Part shown: positions 13,221 through 27,626 of the stretch, piece by piece | How the letters are laid out: every line of letters starts with the position of its first letter | Numbering within the stretch: position 1 is the stretch's first letter | Assembly (NCBI GenBank): GCA_028534125.1 | Contig: CM052817.1 | Span: 60,700,001 to 60,764,000, forward strand | Direction: 5' to 3' | From: Lama glama | Lineage: Eukaryota | Length of the DNA: 64,000 nt | Made by a program: the position numbers and the translations under genes | The notes under the pieces: model-generated | Databases searched by the model: none | What the model saw: only the letters and a program-made list of their open reading frames with translations | What the model was told of the DNA's origin: nothing

Positions 13221-13769
13221 ACAAACTATTTTCAAAATGGAGAGGCTGACTGTATCTCCCTCTCCTGTTTCTTCTTCACCATTTTCTTAAATCTTGCTTT
13301 TCTTCTTGATTTTCTTGCTTCCATTGATATGAGGCCGTAAAAGACCCAGACTTCCCCTGCCTGCTGCTTCACTTCTTGTTCTCTTTTCTCCTACCTCAAC
13401 CACTACTTCCTTCTGTCCATTGTCTTCCCATTCAAGTTTATCCTCCAGAGTGTGGAGTCCATACAGTTACCTTCTTCCATCCTTAAAATTGGCTCTGAAA
13501 ACTCCATTATTACCTCATTCTATCAAAATAAACTTCAATTCTATCAACAGAGTTTACTTAACTCTTCAAAAACTGATCAGCCTCTTTTTTGTCTACCGAC
13601 ACCAATTAATCCATTCTCACACTTGTTCACGCTCTAGTCAAGCCAAACTCTTGTTGGACATTTCATGTTTCTGTGGCATTTACGTGCTGTTCCCACTCCC
13701 TAAAGTGACCCAGACTTCCATTCTTCTCTTCTGGCATCTTCCACTTGCACAAGCTCAATTAGTCATTAT

Positions 13770-14085
13770 GCATGTGTCTTCTCTTTGAGAGTATAAATTT
13801 TTCAATGGCAAGGACTACGTCCTATTCATGTTTGTGCCCCTAGTGCCTCTCAGAGTGCCTGGCACAGAGTATGAATAAGAGCAGCCAGCATTGACTGAGT
13901 GCTTGCTATGTAACAGACACTTCCCTAATGCTTTACGTAGATTGTCTCATTTAATGCTTGTAATAGCCCCAAGGGAGACATATTATTTTCATCTCCTTTT
14001 TGAAGATGACAAAACTAAAAGCTAGGGTAGTAAACCCAGGCAGTCTGGCACTAGAACCTTTTTTCTTCACCAGTGGCCCATAACA
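13770..14085. mobile_element. L2 3' end (+) followed by MIR (-)
   Basis: ggcaaggactacgtcctattcatgtttgtgcccctagtgcctctcagagtgcctggcacag is an L2 tail. The following cattgactgagtgcttgctatg..tctcatttaat..aaacccaggcagtctggc is reverse MIR. Confidence 0.7.
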
Positions 14086-17000
14086 TCTGCAATTAGCAAA
14101 TACACTAGCTCTTTATTGAATGAAATAAATAAATAATATATTCATGAATATGTGAATGAATGAAAATCGTCAGCATCAAATTTTTGAAAAATAAAGATTT
14201 TTGCAGGAAAGAATTAATGGCTGAATTATATTTAGCTAAGTTAATTCCAGATATTTCTAAGTTACATGGTATCCTGGAAACAGGCACCGGAAGCCATGGA
14301 TTCAAATAAATCTGCATTTAAATTCTCTCCCACTTAGTAGCTAAATGATCTTGTCATTTTCCATAATCATTTTAAGCCTTATTTTCATTAAGGGTAGGGA
14401 AAGAATGAGTTCCACTTCATAAGTTTAGTGTAAAGAATAAATGGGGGAAAAAGACATAAATGACAGCACAGTTCCTGGACACTCCTTACCTGGGCTTTGC
14501 TTCCATTTTTCTGCTTGTTTCCCAGAAGCTCATGTAGGTTCCTTGGACGACTCTTCCTTCCACGCCATTTTTGATGGTACTGATAACAATTCTTTTCACC
14601 ATTTTGTCCATAATATCATATACTGCAGTATTCCTTTTACTTGGTTCAACCAGACCTCAAAGTTCCCTGCCGCCACTATTGCTTCTGGCACAGCTACCCC
14701 TGCCCTCCCTCATGGGTGCTGTTTTCTTGCCCAGCCACTTACTCCCACAAAGGTTAAAAAAAAAACCTATCAGCAATCCTTATCTGATCTTAAGCATAAG
14801 TAAGGACTTACCGGAATGATTCCCTTTGTTGTCTCACTTGAGCTTGATTAACTACCACGAAGGTCAAGCTGTTACTGATACTGACTAACAAGAGGCCTGG
14901 GTCAGCACATCTACTCGTCAGGCAAGTTTTCCCTTTTAATTCTTCTTTAATTCCCCCTCTTGTAACCCATAGCTCATATACCACTTCCTCTGCGTAGCTT
15001 TTCACAGAGTATTCATAACCAAACTTAATGGCTATGGTTTTGAATGCCTTTGTGTCTGCCTTGTTTACACCCTGAACTCTACCTAGCCTTGTCCTGTAGT
15101 ATTATTCTACTTGTTTTATCTTCCCAATTACAATGTTCCTGAGGATGGTTTTATCACCTTCGCAGCAACACAGTGCCTTATCTAGTCCCTTACTGAGTAC
15201 ACAGTTGGTTACAAGTAAATATTGAATAAATGAACCAGAAAGGGATTTCTCAGAATCTGACCCGAGACTATGGCACTCCATGACTTGTTTATAGACCTCA
15301 TAACAAATCAGAAAGAAATATGAAAGCCGTTTCTTTGTCCTGTTATTCCAGGATAAGACAAGGAGCCCAGAGTTGGTTGCTTCCAGGCTTTCCTTAGTGT
15401 CTCCCCCACTTCAGTCTTCCAGTAGGAGGCTATTTCTTAGCTCTCAGCGGGGAATTGCACACTTTATTAGGAACAGCCAAAATCAAGGTGGCTGGAGCAA
15501 GTTGGGCTTTTTATGTTTTGGTTTCGTACAGAATTGTGAGGCTGAGCTTCAGGGTACACAGACACTGCAGACGGAGGAAGACATTCATCTCCTTACTCTA
15601 TACCGTTCAGTGTGGAAATGGCTTACTTGTCAAAGCACTGAAGTACAACAGTGATGGATGTTTTATAAACATATAGCCATCTAGATGTTTTAGATGGGAT
15701 TTCGTCTTTCTGTTTGAAAACAAACAAACAAACAAAAAACCTCTCAGAAATGCGCTGGTCTTTCAAAGCCACCCTTCAGTGAGCATTTAAGGAACAGGGC
15801 TATTTTAGCATGGCTATGGACTCTGTTTACACTGAGCGCACCAAGATGAAAATTTTGCCCCAACTGATAAGCTCTCACAACCTCTCAGATGATCTCCTTC
15901 TTCTGCACAAGCTGACTTATTCTGAACAAGTCAAATCTTCCTTTCCTTCTGTCTCTCCAGCCTTAATCTAAAAACCTATTAAGCACTCGGGAATATAAAT
16001 TCCTGTCTCCTCCCTATTTCCTGTTATTTTCCTTCCTCACCTGAAGTCAACTGAATAAATTAATTCTATCTCCCGCAAGTATGAGAAGGCGGTAAAACAC
16101 CTACACCTGGGAGTACTCTGTTCAGTCGTAGCAGAGGAGCCTGTGTGCATGGCCCGCGCTTTCATGAACTTAATGTAGGAAGAGTAGGTGCTGAGCGTGA
16201 GTGACAGTGGAATCTGCAGGCAGGCTTGTTCGGCAGAACGCTGCTGAAGGAGACTGGAGACCTCGGTTTGAGCATTCAAGTCTCTTTCCTGCTGCTAAAT
16301 AATGCAGGTTTTTAAACTAATCTGTACCTTAGTTTCCCATCTTTGCAAATGTGATCTGTTCCTCCTCTCACTCCCCAAATGTTTTTTTCAACAGTTTTAA
16401 TTAAGTTATTTTTCAATGCCCCTTCACCTATAAACTTCTATATCAATTATACAAATGTGGTATCTTATTAAACAAGGTCTGGGATAAATGATAAAAATGT
16501 ATATATGTATGTCGATTACTTAATAAAAGAAATCCTAGATTGGAAGACAGAACTGGAAGGAAACTCTTGTTTTGCTTTTTTTCTGTCACCTTGTTTTTCT
16601 AGTCCCATCTTTCTTTCTTAGTCCAGCTCACCATCACACCAGCAATTTGATGTGCCGACTTCCACAAAGTATTTGTTTGACCCCATTAGTTCTCTGATCC
16701 TCTTAGGTCCTCCACAAGCTCCTGTCATGTAAAGACAGTCAATTTATTTTTAATGGCTTTCTCCTCCACCCCTGCACACACACAATCACTCACTCCACAC
16801 ACCCCTACCACAGCCCTCATTTCTCCAACCCTGATCTTTTAGCCCAAGGGAAAGGTTGGAAAGCACCAGATGCCCCAGGTCAGGGGAAGTCTTGGGGAAG
16901 GCAAGGGACGAGATCTGCAGCCAGTTGGCTGGGCTGCTTTTTCAGATGATGGTTGCCATTTTCTGAGAGAGATGCTGCAGAACTCTCCACATTCACTGCT

Positions 17001-17599
17001 GAATGGAGAGTGGGAAGCACATTAAAAAAACAGCTGGACATTTGCAACGCAAGTGGCTATGAATAAGACCTGACTCTGAGCAATAGGACATGCATTTTAT
17101 ATCTGCTTTTAGCTGACACTTCTAAAAAAAAAAGAAATATACCTAGTTGGGAATATAGAATAATTTATCTGAATGATACAAAAAATATATTTTTTTAAAA
17201 ATCCACAGACCTAATGTACTGGTAAGAAGGAAAACATCTCTTTTGGGAAATTTTCAGTGATCAATAGACACCTGGCCCCCTGCTCTGTATTATGAAGAGC
17301 CAGGATTTTTTATTTTAGTTAGATTCATTAGAATCTCCACTGAAACAATGACCTTACACCTTATTTCCACAGTAGTGTTTCATTGGGTCTTCAAATAGGC
17401 TATTAAATTAGCGCTACTGTTATTTCTGATAAATTCTTTCTCTCCAGTTGTTTCTTTCCACTAGGAATAATCTGATACTTTGATTAATGTTTTGAGCTCC
17501 TTTAAAGACCTTATAGGGAAAAAATTACAAATTACTATTGATTCTTCATTTGAAAGCACACTGTATTTTATTTGGGTCATTGTTTTATGTAGTAATATT

Positions 17600-18500
17600 A
17601 TGTCTTATTGTATCACAGCTTGTTAGTGGTCCAGATGTGAGGTAGAGATCAATGGTTCAGTGTCAGCCTTGGAGGGTATATTGAATGAAATTTTTCCGTA
17701 ACTCAGTGCTGGCCCTGATTCTAATTAACATTTTCAGTGTTAGTTTGAAGTATGGAATAGGGAGTGAGCTTATTAAATATGCAGATTACTTTATATTGAG
17801 TAGGGGTGATTATTGACTAGAACCACACTGTAAGAATTTGTAAGGACCTTGACAAATTAAACAAGGTGATTAGAAGTAAGGTGAAGTTTAGTAAGGACAA
17901 ATATGTGATAATTCACTCAGAGATGGAAAGATCAAACTCTGGGTGTGAGTGTGTGTGTGTGTGTGTGTGTATCTGTGACAGTTCAAAATTAGAGGATGAA
18001 GGCAGTTTCAGAGCGAATCATCTGTCAGTTATAAATTTGAAATGTAGTATTGGTGTTTATAAAGGAAGTGACCCAAGTCACCTAGCAGTATAAAAGTTGT
18101 TCAGAACTTTTAAACCACCATGATCTATTTATAAGGTCCATAAATTATGCAAAAAATTGCAATAGAAGAGAAAAAAGATGACTTAGTTAATTACAAAGTA
18201 AAAATGGGAGTAATAGATCCTGTGAGTAAAACTAAAGGGATTTAGTGTTTAACTCAGCAAAGAGAAGGCTGAAGGATGAAAATGAAAAAAAAAAAACATT
18301 TTATTGCATAAAGAAATAGTGTCCTAGAGGTGGTGAGTACCTATTATCCATTTGACTGAGGACAAAATGAGAGGCTTATATGAAATAGGAGGATTTAGGT
18401 TAGGCATGAATAAAGACTGCCTGGTATTAAGTTTTCTAAGTCATAAAAATGCCTTAGGAAGAAAAATAAAGTCAGTTTTGGAGGCTGGCTTCTGTGCCTC
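17600..18500 (+). mobile_element. Ancient L3/CR1 LINE fragment containing a (GT)n microsatellite at ~17949-17970
   Basis: gtgaagtttagtaaggacaaatatgtgataattcact and aactaaagggatttagtgtttaactcagcaaagagaaggctgaagga resemble CR1/L3 3' sequence; highly diverged. Confidence 0.55.
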
Positions 18501-21364
18501 AAGGAATGTAATTGAATTATGAGATACCTCCAGAAACTCTTTCAATTCTCTGATGTTATGATTGTATTAGGATTCTTTCTTAACTTCATTTTGAAATTTG
18601 TTGATCCTCAGGGAAATTCATGGGCATTAGTCAAGTCCTTTCTGTATCTTCAATGATACAGGAACATAAAAATCCACTAGTTCTACTGTTGAAGTTTATC
18701 AGATTATTTGAGGATATTGTTCTAACATGAATTTTATAATTAGCTGACAATCACTGGTAAGCTTAATGAATTTAGGATAATTTCATATTTGTTCATATTG
18801 TCCTATCTAAATAAATATTGCATCTATTTCATGGTATATAAGAAAGAAACTGCACAGGAAATTGCAGAGCAATTGAATTCACAGAATACTGGGTTTTTTA
18901 TGATGGATTCTCGCTTAATTAGTGTATGTATCTATATCTATACATACATATATAGATCGTGAAAGATTGTTTTAACTAATAAGCCTCTTAAAATAGAGAA
19001 CAGGGTCATAAATGATCATTCTGTCAGCAGGTGGAAAAATATAATGTCTGCCACATATCAGGATTCATAACATGACAGAATTAGTTCCGAGTAGTAATGT
19101 GGATTGTTAACAAGTCAAGCAAGACAATCAGATTTCAGATGACTATTTTCTTGTATTTATATAACATTGTTATTTTGGAGAGAGTTTAACAATCATCTTT
19201 ATTAATATGCATCACAGCAGCAAGGACAGTGTTTCCACCTTCCTCTGGGTTCTCTAAAATGACCTATCATATCTGCAAGTCTGAATCAACTTCTGAATGT
19301 GTGTGGGAAATGCAGGTTCCTCCAAGTGCAGGAGGATGTCCCCTGCATAGTCCGTGACATCCATCTTTCTTAAGTGCATCTATTTTATATAAATTCAGTA
19401 TTACCTGTGACCATCCTATCTATACTATGTGGCAGGTAGGGCTGCCCCTGACTACTTTCGAGGGGGTGAATATATTCCTAAATCTCTCAGGAAGGACTTG
19501 AAAGTCACCTCCTGGGCTGTGATCCAGCATGCCTATCAATCCACCATGTAGGGACAGTGTTTGGAAGAGAGCAGTGTCCTCTTCACAAGTATTGCTGCAC
19601 ACTTTCTAGACCAAGCACTCTTGGAATCCATGGATATTTAAATAGTTCTTAAAAATAGATCAAATGATTATTCTAAAGAAGTTCCGAGTACAAAGACCTG
19701 ACGCTGTCTTTCATCTCATTTGCTCTGTTGTACCGTATGGCAGGTGTGAGGGCATGTGAAGGACTAAGACAGAAGTGGGGAGAGGGACAGAACAGAGGAA
19801 TTGGAAAAGGATGCACCACTTAGGTTTTATTCGAGCATCCCACACAGAGCCATTCTCATCTTCCGATCTTCCTGTATAAATCCTCCATATTCTTTGGTCC
19901 TCATATGGCCCCTCTTATAAAGCACCATCTCCTCCAGGGGGCCTCCCTGTCTTCACAAGGAATTCTAGCCCTCTGCCCTGCCTAATATCATTCTAGCTTG
20001 TTGGCCTCAGACTTCAAGCTTCTGCTGTCCTGAGAAGGAAAAAATTCTGGCACCAGAAGAGGAAGTAAGACACAAACACTTCAGTGCTGATACTTTCTCT
20101 CCACTAGAAATAGCCGTGGCTGGGCCCCTCCTGAGTTACCTTGCCCCATAAATTATACTTGTATGCTATACAATATAATCTTCTACGAAAGAACTGTATT
20201 TCTTTCACTAATGTTACTTTGACTTTAATCTTTTTAAAATAAGAAACCTAGCACCATTGGGCTAAAGAACAGTGAACTCTTTCCTGAGCCTGCTTTCATC
20301 AAACAGTGGAAGCCTTCATGCACTTAAAATGACTCTCACTGAGCTCTTCAGTGTGGGCTGAGCCATTTGCACACCAAATTTTCTTCTGAATCAGGGAGTG
20401 TTCGAATCCTGCTTACCTCCAACCATTTACCCTTGATACCCCCTTGTATTTTATCAGACTTCCTTTCCAAACATATATCTGAGGAGTTTGGAAAACTTCA
20501 CTGAGGAAAAGGAGCTACTGAGATTCAGTATGTGATTTCTCAAAGCACGAGTGGCCATTGGCTACACTGCAAATGAGAAGATGGAAAGCCTTTTCATTTT
20601 CTTTTCCTGCTCTCCTATAAGTAGAGCATTCCTATTCCCAAGACTTCTTCCTCTTTATGGAAATACTCAACTCTTGAAAGAAAAAAACCCTGCAATTTAA
20701 TTTTCTTAATAACACTCAGTATTACCAAAGGTGACTATTCTCTCTTGTTTTGGTGCTTACCTCTTCTTCAGCTATTAAAACCATGAATTATTTTACATTT
20801 TTAAGTCATTTCAGTTAACAGAGTTAGTTGAGTAGTTTTCTTCACTGTTTCAGCTTGCTTCTGGTATTTTAGTCATTCATCAAACCAACCACTACTTGTA
20901 GGCTGTATTTCCACACTACACAGATAAGTGTTCCTCTCAGGGGTAGACGTTCCACTTCTACTGGGTCTTCTGTCTACCAGACTCTTGGACTATAACCTCA
21001 GCTTTTCCAGATTTTTCTTTCATTCTTATTTGTTTAATTGTTCTTTTTATTTGCCTTTCCTCTGAATGTATTTATTTTACATCCATGACAAAATTGTCAA
21101 GCAATTCACTGGCTATCTGATAAAGCTTTTGCAGCTGATTTTGATACAGGGGAAATGTCCAAAGTTGTCTTTTAAAAAGTCTTTTTTTAACTACAAAATA
21201 CTGCTGGCCATGATTAGTCACCCACAGAGTAGCTAGTAACATACAGTAAAAATCCCATTTTTATGCAGTCCTAGTATAGTGGGAATGCTGGTCTTTAGGA
21301 TGAAATGAGCCTCATTGATTGCTATTTTCCATACCCTGGGCTAGGTTCTGAGTTTGAAGGTGAA

Positions 21365-21400
21365 GATAGATAGATAGAGGGATAGATGGATGGATGGATG

Positions 21401-21448
<48 letters not shown>
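21365..21448. repeat. Compound (GATA)n/(GATG)n tetranucleotide microsatellite
   Basis: Directly visible. Confidence 0.98.
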
Positions 21449-21459
21449 CTGTCAGCAGT

Positions 21460-22050
21460 ATGTATTCTGATGAGGCAAACAAAGAAATAAAATTTCAAAA
21501 CACAATGCTAAAATGTGAACATATTCTAAGTGTTAGAAGAGCCCTGAAGAGGCAGCTGAGTTTAAGCTTGAAGGGAAGAAATTCACCAGGAAGACAAGGA
21601 AAGATCTTATGCTGAGAAAACTCCTACCACGCGAGGAATGATGAAGTGGTATGTTTGCCCTATAATGTGAATACAGTGAAGAAAATGGTTATTTTTGAAG
21701 ATGGTAAAAAAAAAAGTGTTTAGGGCAAATTTTTGAAGGATCTTGAATGCTATGGAGTTTGAGTCATTTTCTAAGGGCGGTGGAGTATAGAGGAAGTATT
21801 TAAATAAGGCAAGGACAGAGTGAGATTTGACATCAGAAACAGCACTTTAGCTGTGGTGGGGAGGGTGGATTAGATGTAGGTTGGAGTAGACACGGGGAAA
21901 AAACTTAGAAATAATCTTCTAGGTAGAAATGATGAGGGTATTAGCAATGGAAAGGCAAAGGTAGTGACAGATTTGCAAGATGTAGAAGGTAAAATGTGTA
22001 CAACTTGATGAGAGATGAAATGGGCTCGGGGAGTTAGAGAGAAAGGCCAC
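21460..22050 (-). mobile_element. Old LINE-2 fragment
   Basis: gtgagatttgacatcagaaacagcactttagctgtggtggggagggtggattag..aggtagaaatgatgaggg resembles reverse L2. Confidence 0.6.
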
Positions 22051-23025
22051 AGGTGAGAAAGGGGTTAGCTAAGAATGAATCTAACTGGTAGGACAAATAA
22101 AAAGATGGCAAGTCTAGAAATTATATTAGAAAACAAAGTAGCAATAATAACAGTAATAAGTTAATGATTGCAACTACCAGTAATTGAGCACTTAAACAGT
22201 AAGTGTCATATTAAAATCTACTTCAAACCTCCAGATACCTTATTATAAAATTATTATTTCCCCTGTTTAATAGGGAAAGGAATTGCAGTTTGGAGAAGTT
22301 TAAATAATTTGTTCAAGGACTGAAACTCAGATCTTTACATCTTCAAAACTCATGTTTTTAGAAACGAAGGGTTGTCCCAGTGCATAACTGTTTGGAGCAC
22401 CTCTGCGTGGTAGGCCCGCCTCACCTGACCACCTCAATCCATTGTCCAACACTTTTTTCTGCTTCTTGGATCTCAATGACACTAATGCTCACTCTGCTGG
22501 CCCTCTATTATGGTATATAGTTGGTTTTTTAAGTGTCAAATTTTGAAGCACTTTTTGTGCTTGGAAAACCTGTCTCTGTGCCCTGCCCAGGACAACTCAC
22601 AGCTCCTGCAACCAGTGAACTGCAGTGGGCACCAGGCAGTCTCTGTATTAGTTGCCAATGGGCCCTTGGAACCCCAGCAATATCTGCTCTTTGGCAGTTG
22701 CTGAAATTGGCATCCAGAGAAGGAAACTGGGGAGAGATTATGGGGGTAAAACCTGAACTGAGTTGGAGGACACTTTTAATATACCCCTATGTGTCTGTCT
22801 CTCTCTCACTGTCAGCCCCTTTGGCTGAAGCACGCAACACCTATCCTATCAACCATGTTCCATTTTTTCCCCTTGAAGAAAAATCCTTCTAATGTGATAA
22901 CTTGAGTTGACGTGTTCTATTCCATTAAAAATGGGATTCGAGTTAAAATTCCCCAGAGCTAGAGCTTGCAGCTCACTCTTGTCATTTGTTGGTGTGCATT
23001 CCACACCACCGGGCTCAAATGTTAA

Positions 23026-23128
23026 AAGAGAGAAAGAGGGAGGGAGGGAAGACAGAAGGAAGGAAGGAAGGAAGGAAGGAAGGAAGGAAGGAAGGAAGGA
23101 AGGAAGGAAGGAAAAGAAGGAAGGGAGA
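23026..23128. repeat. (GGAA)n microsatellite within a ~100-nt polypurine tract
   Basis: Directly visible; pure GAAG units ~23055-23114. Confidence 0.98.
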
Positions 23129-26100
23129 TGCACGGAAAAGAAAGGTTTATGATCGTTTTATTTTAAAGTTTGTATAGGTAAGAGCTATTCTCTTATTAAA
23201 GGAAAACAGGTAAAAATATGAGTGAAAGTTCACTGCAGAGGGGATAGGAATTAGATTTTTAACTACTTGATAGCTTTAGAAATGTAAGTAGCAACACATT
23301 CATTATAACACAATATCATTAACAAAGTCATATAAGTGTCCCAAAGAATTTGCTGTGAAGAAAGTTATGACCATTTAGTATCAAAGTTTCATACATTCTT
23401 ATACTTAGAAAGGATATGAGACATTAATTCAACTCCAATTCATGAATTTCCTCTTTAACAGAATAAAAGGTCATCCTGCCATACGCCAAAAAAAAAAAAT
23501 CCATTGGAAATCATTAAATAGGACATTATGAGGAGAGGAATCATTATAATAATAATCTTTATATAAGGACAATAGGTAACTTGATCAAATGCTGATGTGA
23601 CAGGTCCTCTAATCATCACTTTTTGGGGAGGGCACTGTTACTCTACCCACTTATGGATGAGGAAAGTAACATTAACAGGGATGCCTAACATCATACAGCT
23701 CACAAATAATAGACCTGCTTGACTTTAAAATCTAACTAACCTAATATCAAAGCTGTGCTATCAGATACAGCTAATATCAGACTATCACATGTATCAAAAT
23801 TAATTTTCAATGCCTGAAGGGTTGTAAGTTTATTCTTCTCATGGAAAGAGTTTGTAATCAGCCTGGATCCACCCAAATTCCTAAAATTTCCTTCCACAGA
23901 AGTACCCTTAATCATACAGTTTCTCAGTGTATGTAATGTTCATGGAAGTAAATATCACTTACCTATCAGACAGTGTTGTTTAGTGGGTTGCTTGTCATAT
24001 GGGACCCTAGTACAAGAAACAGAAGAAGAATCTCAGTAAGATGTCGAGAAAATAAGGCTGATTAGAGTGGCAAAGCGTTTGCTTTCTTTTATCATTCACC
24101 ACTTACAGCTATAGACACTCAGTTTTTACTCTGTGTGCATGAGTTGGGTTTGGGGTTGGGAGGGGACGGCTCAGGTGTTTGAGATGCACAGTGATCATTT
24201 GCTGAGTTTCCTGTAAGTGTATGTTGGTTTTGTATGGGTAGGTAAGAAACCGAATATATTAGTGTATGAGTATATTCACAGCTAACTCTTTTCTAGAATG
24301 CTCTAGGTTTCCTGTTTCTTCTGAGTCTTGGGTAAACATTGCAGATTGTTTAAAGAAATGTAGTATTTGCCAAGGTAAACTTATGTATTAGGTGCTTATT
24401 GACTATTTTATAATTGTTTTGCATTTTACAACGAGTTGGCATGTCTAAATAATATCCTCTCAGATGTTGGCCTTAAGATAGAATGTCTCTGAGGATTACC
24501 ACTTGTGGAATAACCTACTTGATTTCTCTTAGGGCTTATAATATAGGCCATAGCATTTCTGCTGATCTTGCTGTAAAATCTTTTGAGCATGAAAATAGCA
24601 AAATCACTGCTTATAATAGGCACCCTCCTCTCTTTTGGGCTCCTCAAACAGCCTTCTCTTTCTGTAAAAAGCTATTTGTGCTCACTTCATTTTGCCTCAT
24701 CTTGTTTTTGCCACCTTTGCTGTGCTGTCTTGGTGTACTATAATGGAATGACACTGAATCAGACAAGCTGTAATTTTTATTGCAAGCATATCTCAAGGCA
24801 AATTTATAAGCTGAACTTGATATCAGAAAAGAAGCGAGAGGGAACATGCCTTTGTTCTAAGTTACAAAATGCTCTGCTAAATTTGAAATATGTTGAAAAT
24901 ATACTTCCTTTTCCTGACACAAAGACTTCACATAAGCAACATATTACGACGTGAATTTAAAATTCTTTTATGTGTACAAAGTAGTTTCACCATCTAAAAA
25001 ACTACTGTAATTCTGTATTCAGGTTTCAAGCTAATGTTTAAGGTGATACTATGTCACAGAAACTAGATCATATTAAAGATCCTAATACTTGATTTCAATT
25101 TTCTTTTCATGGAAAGCTAAGAGGGAGCATTAATTTATTTAACAGTGTTTTACTGGTATGACTACTTGATCAAGCCAGTCATATATTTAGATACAGGCAG
25201 AAACATTTTTCTCCCCTAGACTATGATCTCGCCAGGTTACAACTTTTTAAAAGTGATGATCAGTACTGATTGCCAGAACTAAGCAACAAGTGGCCAGGCC
25301 TGTCCTGGGAGGGCTTCTGATGAATCCTAGCGTGGTCTTCTCCAGCCACGCACCTTCAGGTTCTAGAGAGTGCAAGCTCTGTACATCTGCCTAAACTTGC
25401 CCCTCATATTTGTAGATATTGAGCCCATGAGGCCCATCATAACCCGTATGGATATGTTTCTTTTCCTTCTCCTGTGTTACCAGTTTAGAGCATCACTAAA
25501 TAGTGGGGAATATGTTAAAATGTTAATGTTTTGAATATAGTTTTACTTCTACTACTGAAAACAGTAGTAAATAAGAAATAAATTCCTCTTTTGATACAAA
25601 ATTCTTATAGCTATACTACTACCAAGATAATTATGGTATGTCCCGGGAGCCAATGCCCTGTCACTCTGCTAGTAGGTTGTACACTAGCCCCATGTAGCTA
25701 ACATTTATTCCTGCCTCTGCCCTCAATTATTCACGTATACTGTCACTTTATCTTTTACGAATGGTAGAATTAGCTCAACAGTTGTAGAATATTCCAGAAA
25801 ATTCTTCCCTTCAAATAGTAAATTTTAAGTGTATCATTTTATGCAGCACAAGTGTAGAGCAAAAAGAAATTATCACAGTATCACTCATTTCCATATAATA
25901 TGTAGTATACATGAAGCATATAAAACTCAGCAAAATGTAGATTAAATTTTGCTGAGAGTTACCATTAGGAATTGGCACGAATAGTCCTCTAACAAATACG
26001 GCTCATAATGTATTGTTTACAACAGTTTTGCACATGATGGAAACTGGTGACCTGCAAGAATATTCCCAATACCCTTGCCCAATGCTAGTGCTGGTTGCAA

Positions 26101-26611
26101 AGACCCCCAGGAAATCATCAGCAAACTCCATCTGGAAACAGATCAAAAGGTCAGAGGTCTCATAACATGAGATTCATGGCCCATGGTTATGGAGGGCTGG
26201 TAGTTATTTATTCTTGTTCAAAATACACTATGGTGTTTCAAAGCATCTGCTCCCATTCTCAGAGGTTAGTGAGTTTGAAATGTGCCAGCATCTAATTTTG
26301 AATAGTATGCCAAAAATACGTATTTGTTCTTAAATGCCAGTCATTAGAGTTGAGCTCCTACACAAATTCAGTGAGTTCTGGTGAAGAGGTGATTGGTTCT
26401 CCAAGTTAGAAAGTATAGAGTGACTCAGAAATTCAAATATAAGGAGACTGACCACCAATTTAGAGATGAATAACCTGGGACAAGTAGATATCATCTGTAA
26501 CTCAAAGATTGATTTGAAAACCCCAGAGCATTGTTCTGTAAAAGAGAAAACTGAAAACATACTCAGCTTTCCAGAAGAATGAAATTTATTCTGTTTGAAT
26601 CCAAATGGAAG

Positions 26612-26613
26612 TC

Positions 26614-26660
<47 letters not shown>
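26612..26660. repeat. Compound (CT)n(CA)n microsatellite
   Basis: Directly visible. Confidence 0.97.
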
Positions 26661-26661
<1 letters not shown>

Positions 26662-26724
26662 AGACACAAGACACTTAAAGCCAATCTAGCAAAAGAAATA
26701 TAGAAATAAGAGTCAGTATCTTGC

Positions 26725-26950
26725 AGTAGAAATAATATGGTTTTTGGAGCCAGTCAGATCTATATTTGAATTCTGTCTCTATCCCTCACTGACTGTGCCA
26801 CACTGATCTAGTCCTTTATTCTCCCTACTTAGGTTTCTTGTCTATAAAATGGGTGAAATAGTTATAAACATGAGGCATTGCTGGAAGGATAACGTATGCC
26901 AGTTGCCTAGCATGTATGTAATAGCCACTCAATAAGCAATGAATATTACA
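26725..26950 (+). mobile_element. MIR SINE
   Basis: tttggagccag..tttgaattctgtctct..ctgtgcc..ggtttcttgtctataaaatggg..cactcaataa. Confidence 0.7.
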
Positions 26951-27374
26951 AGTATGAATTTTTAAGTATACACCTACCCAAAACATGTTGTTTATGCAAA
27001 ATGTAATTATTTTATAAAAATATTTATGACTTGCCACCTAAGAAAACAGGCTTGAGGCTTATAACACATTGAAAATATTAAAAATCTAAATGATTATATG
27101 ATTATCTAGCAATATAATTTAATTTGTCTTTGCTTTGATGGATTGCTAGATTTTTTTTTTTTGCAGAGAAGTTTAACAAAAAAGCATTGTCCTATCACCA
27201 GAAATTTCCACCTTTCCTTCAACAATGATTTTTGTCTTGTCATGTTCCATGCAAGTGCCACACACCCTTATAGTATTTCTCCTTATATATTACATCTTAA
27301 TATTAAGAAACAACAAAATAAGAAAAGTAATTTGAGATTTGTATTTACATGTTTTACTTTTTGCTTCCACTTGA

Positions 27375-27626
<252 letters not shown>

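Noticed and set aside
22849..23177. Repetitive ORFs (EGRK)n / (LPSF)n
   Set aside because: Translations of the GGAA microsatellite.
23740..23800. Cluster of TATC/GATA motifs
   Set aside because: Mostly non-consensus flanks; likely degenerate local duplication.
25926..25956. Perfect 11-bp inverted repeat ctcagcaaaat / attttgctgag with a 9-nt loop
   Set aside because: By rough estimate about one such stem is expected by chance in 64 kb of AT-rich DNA; no other support.
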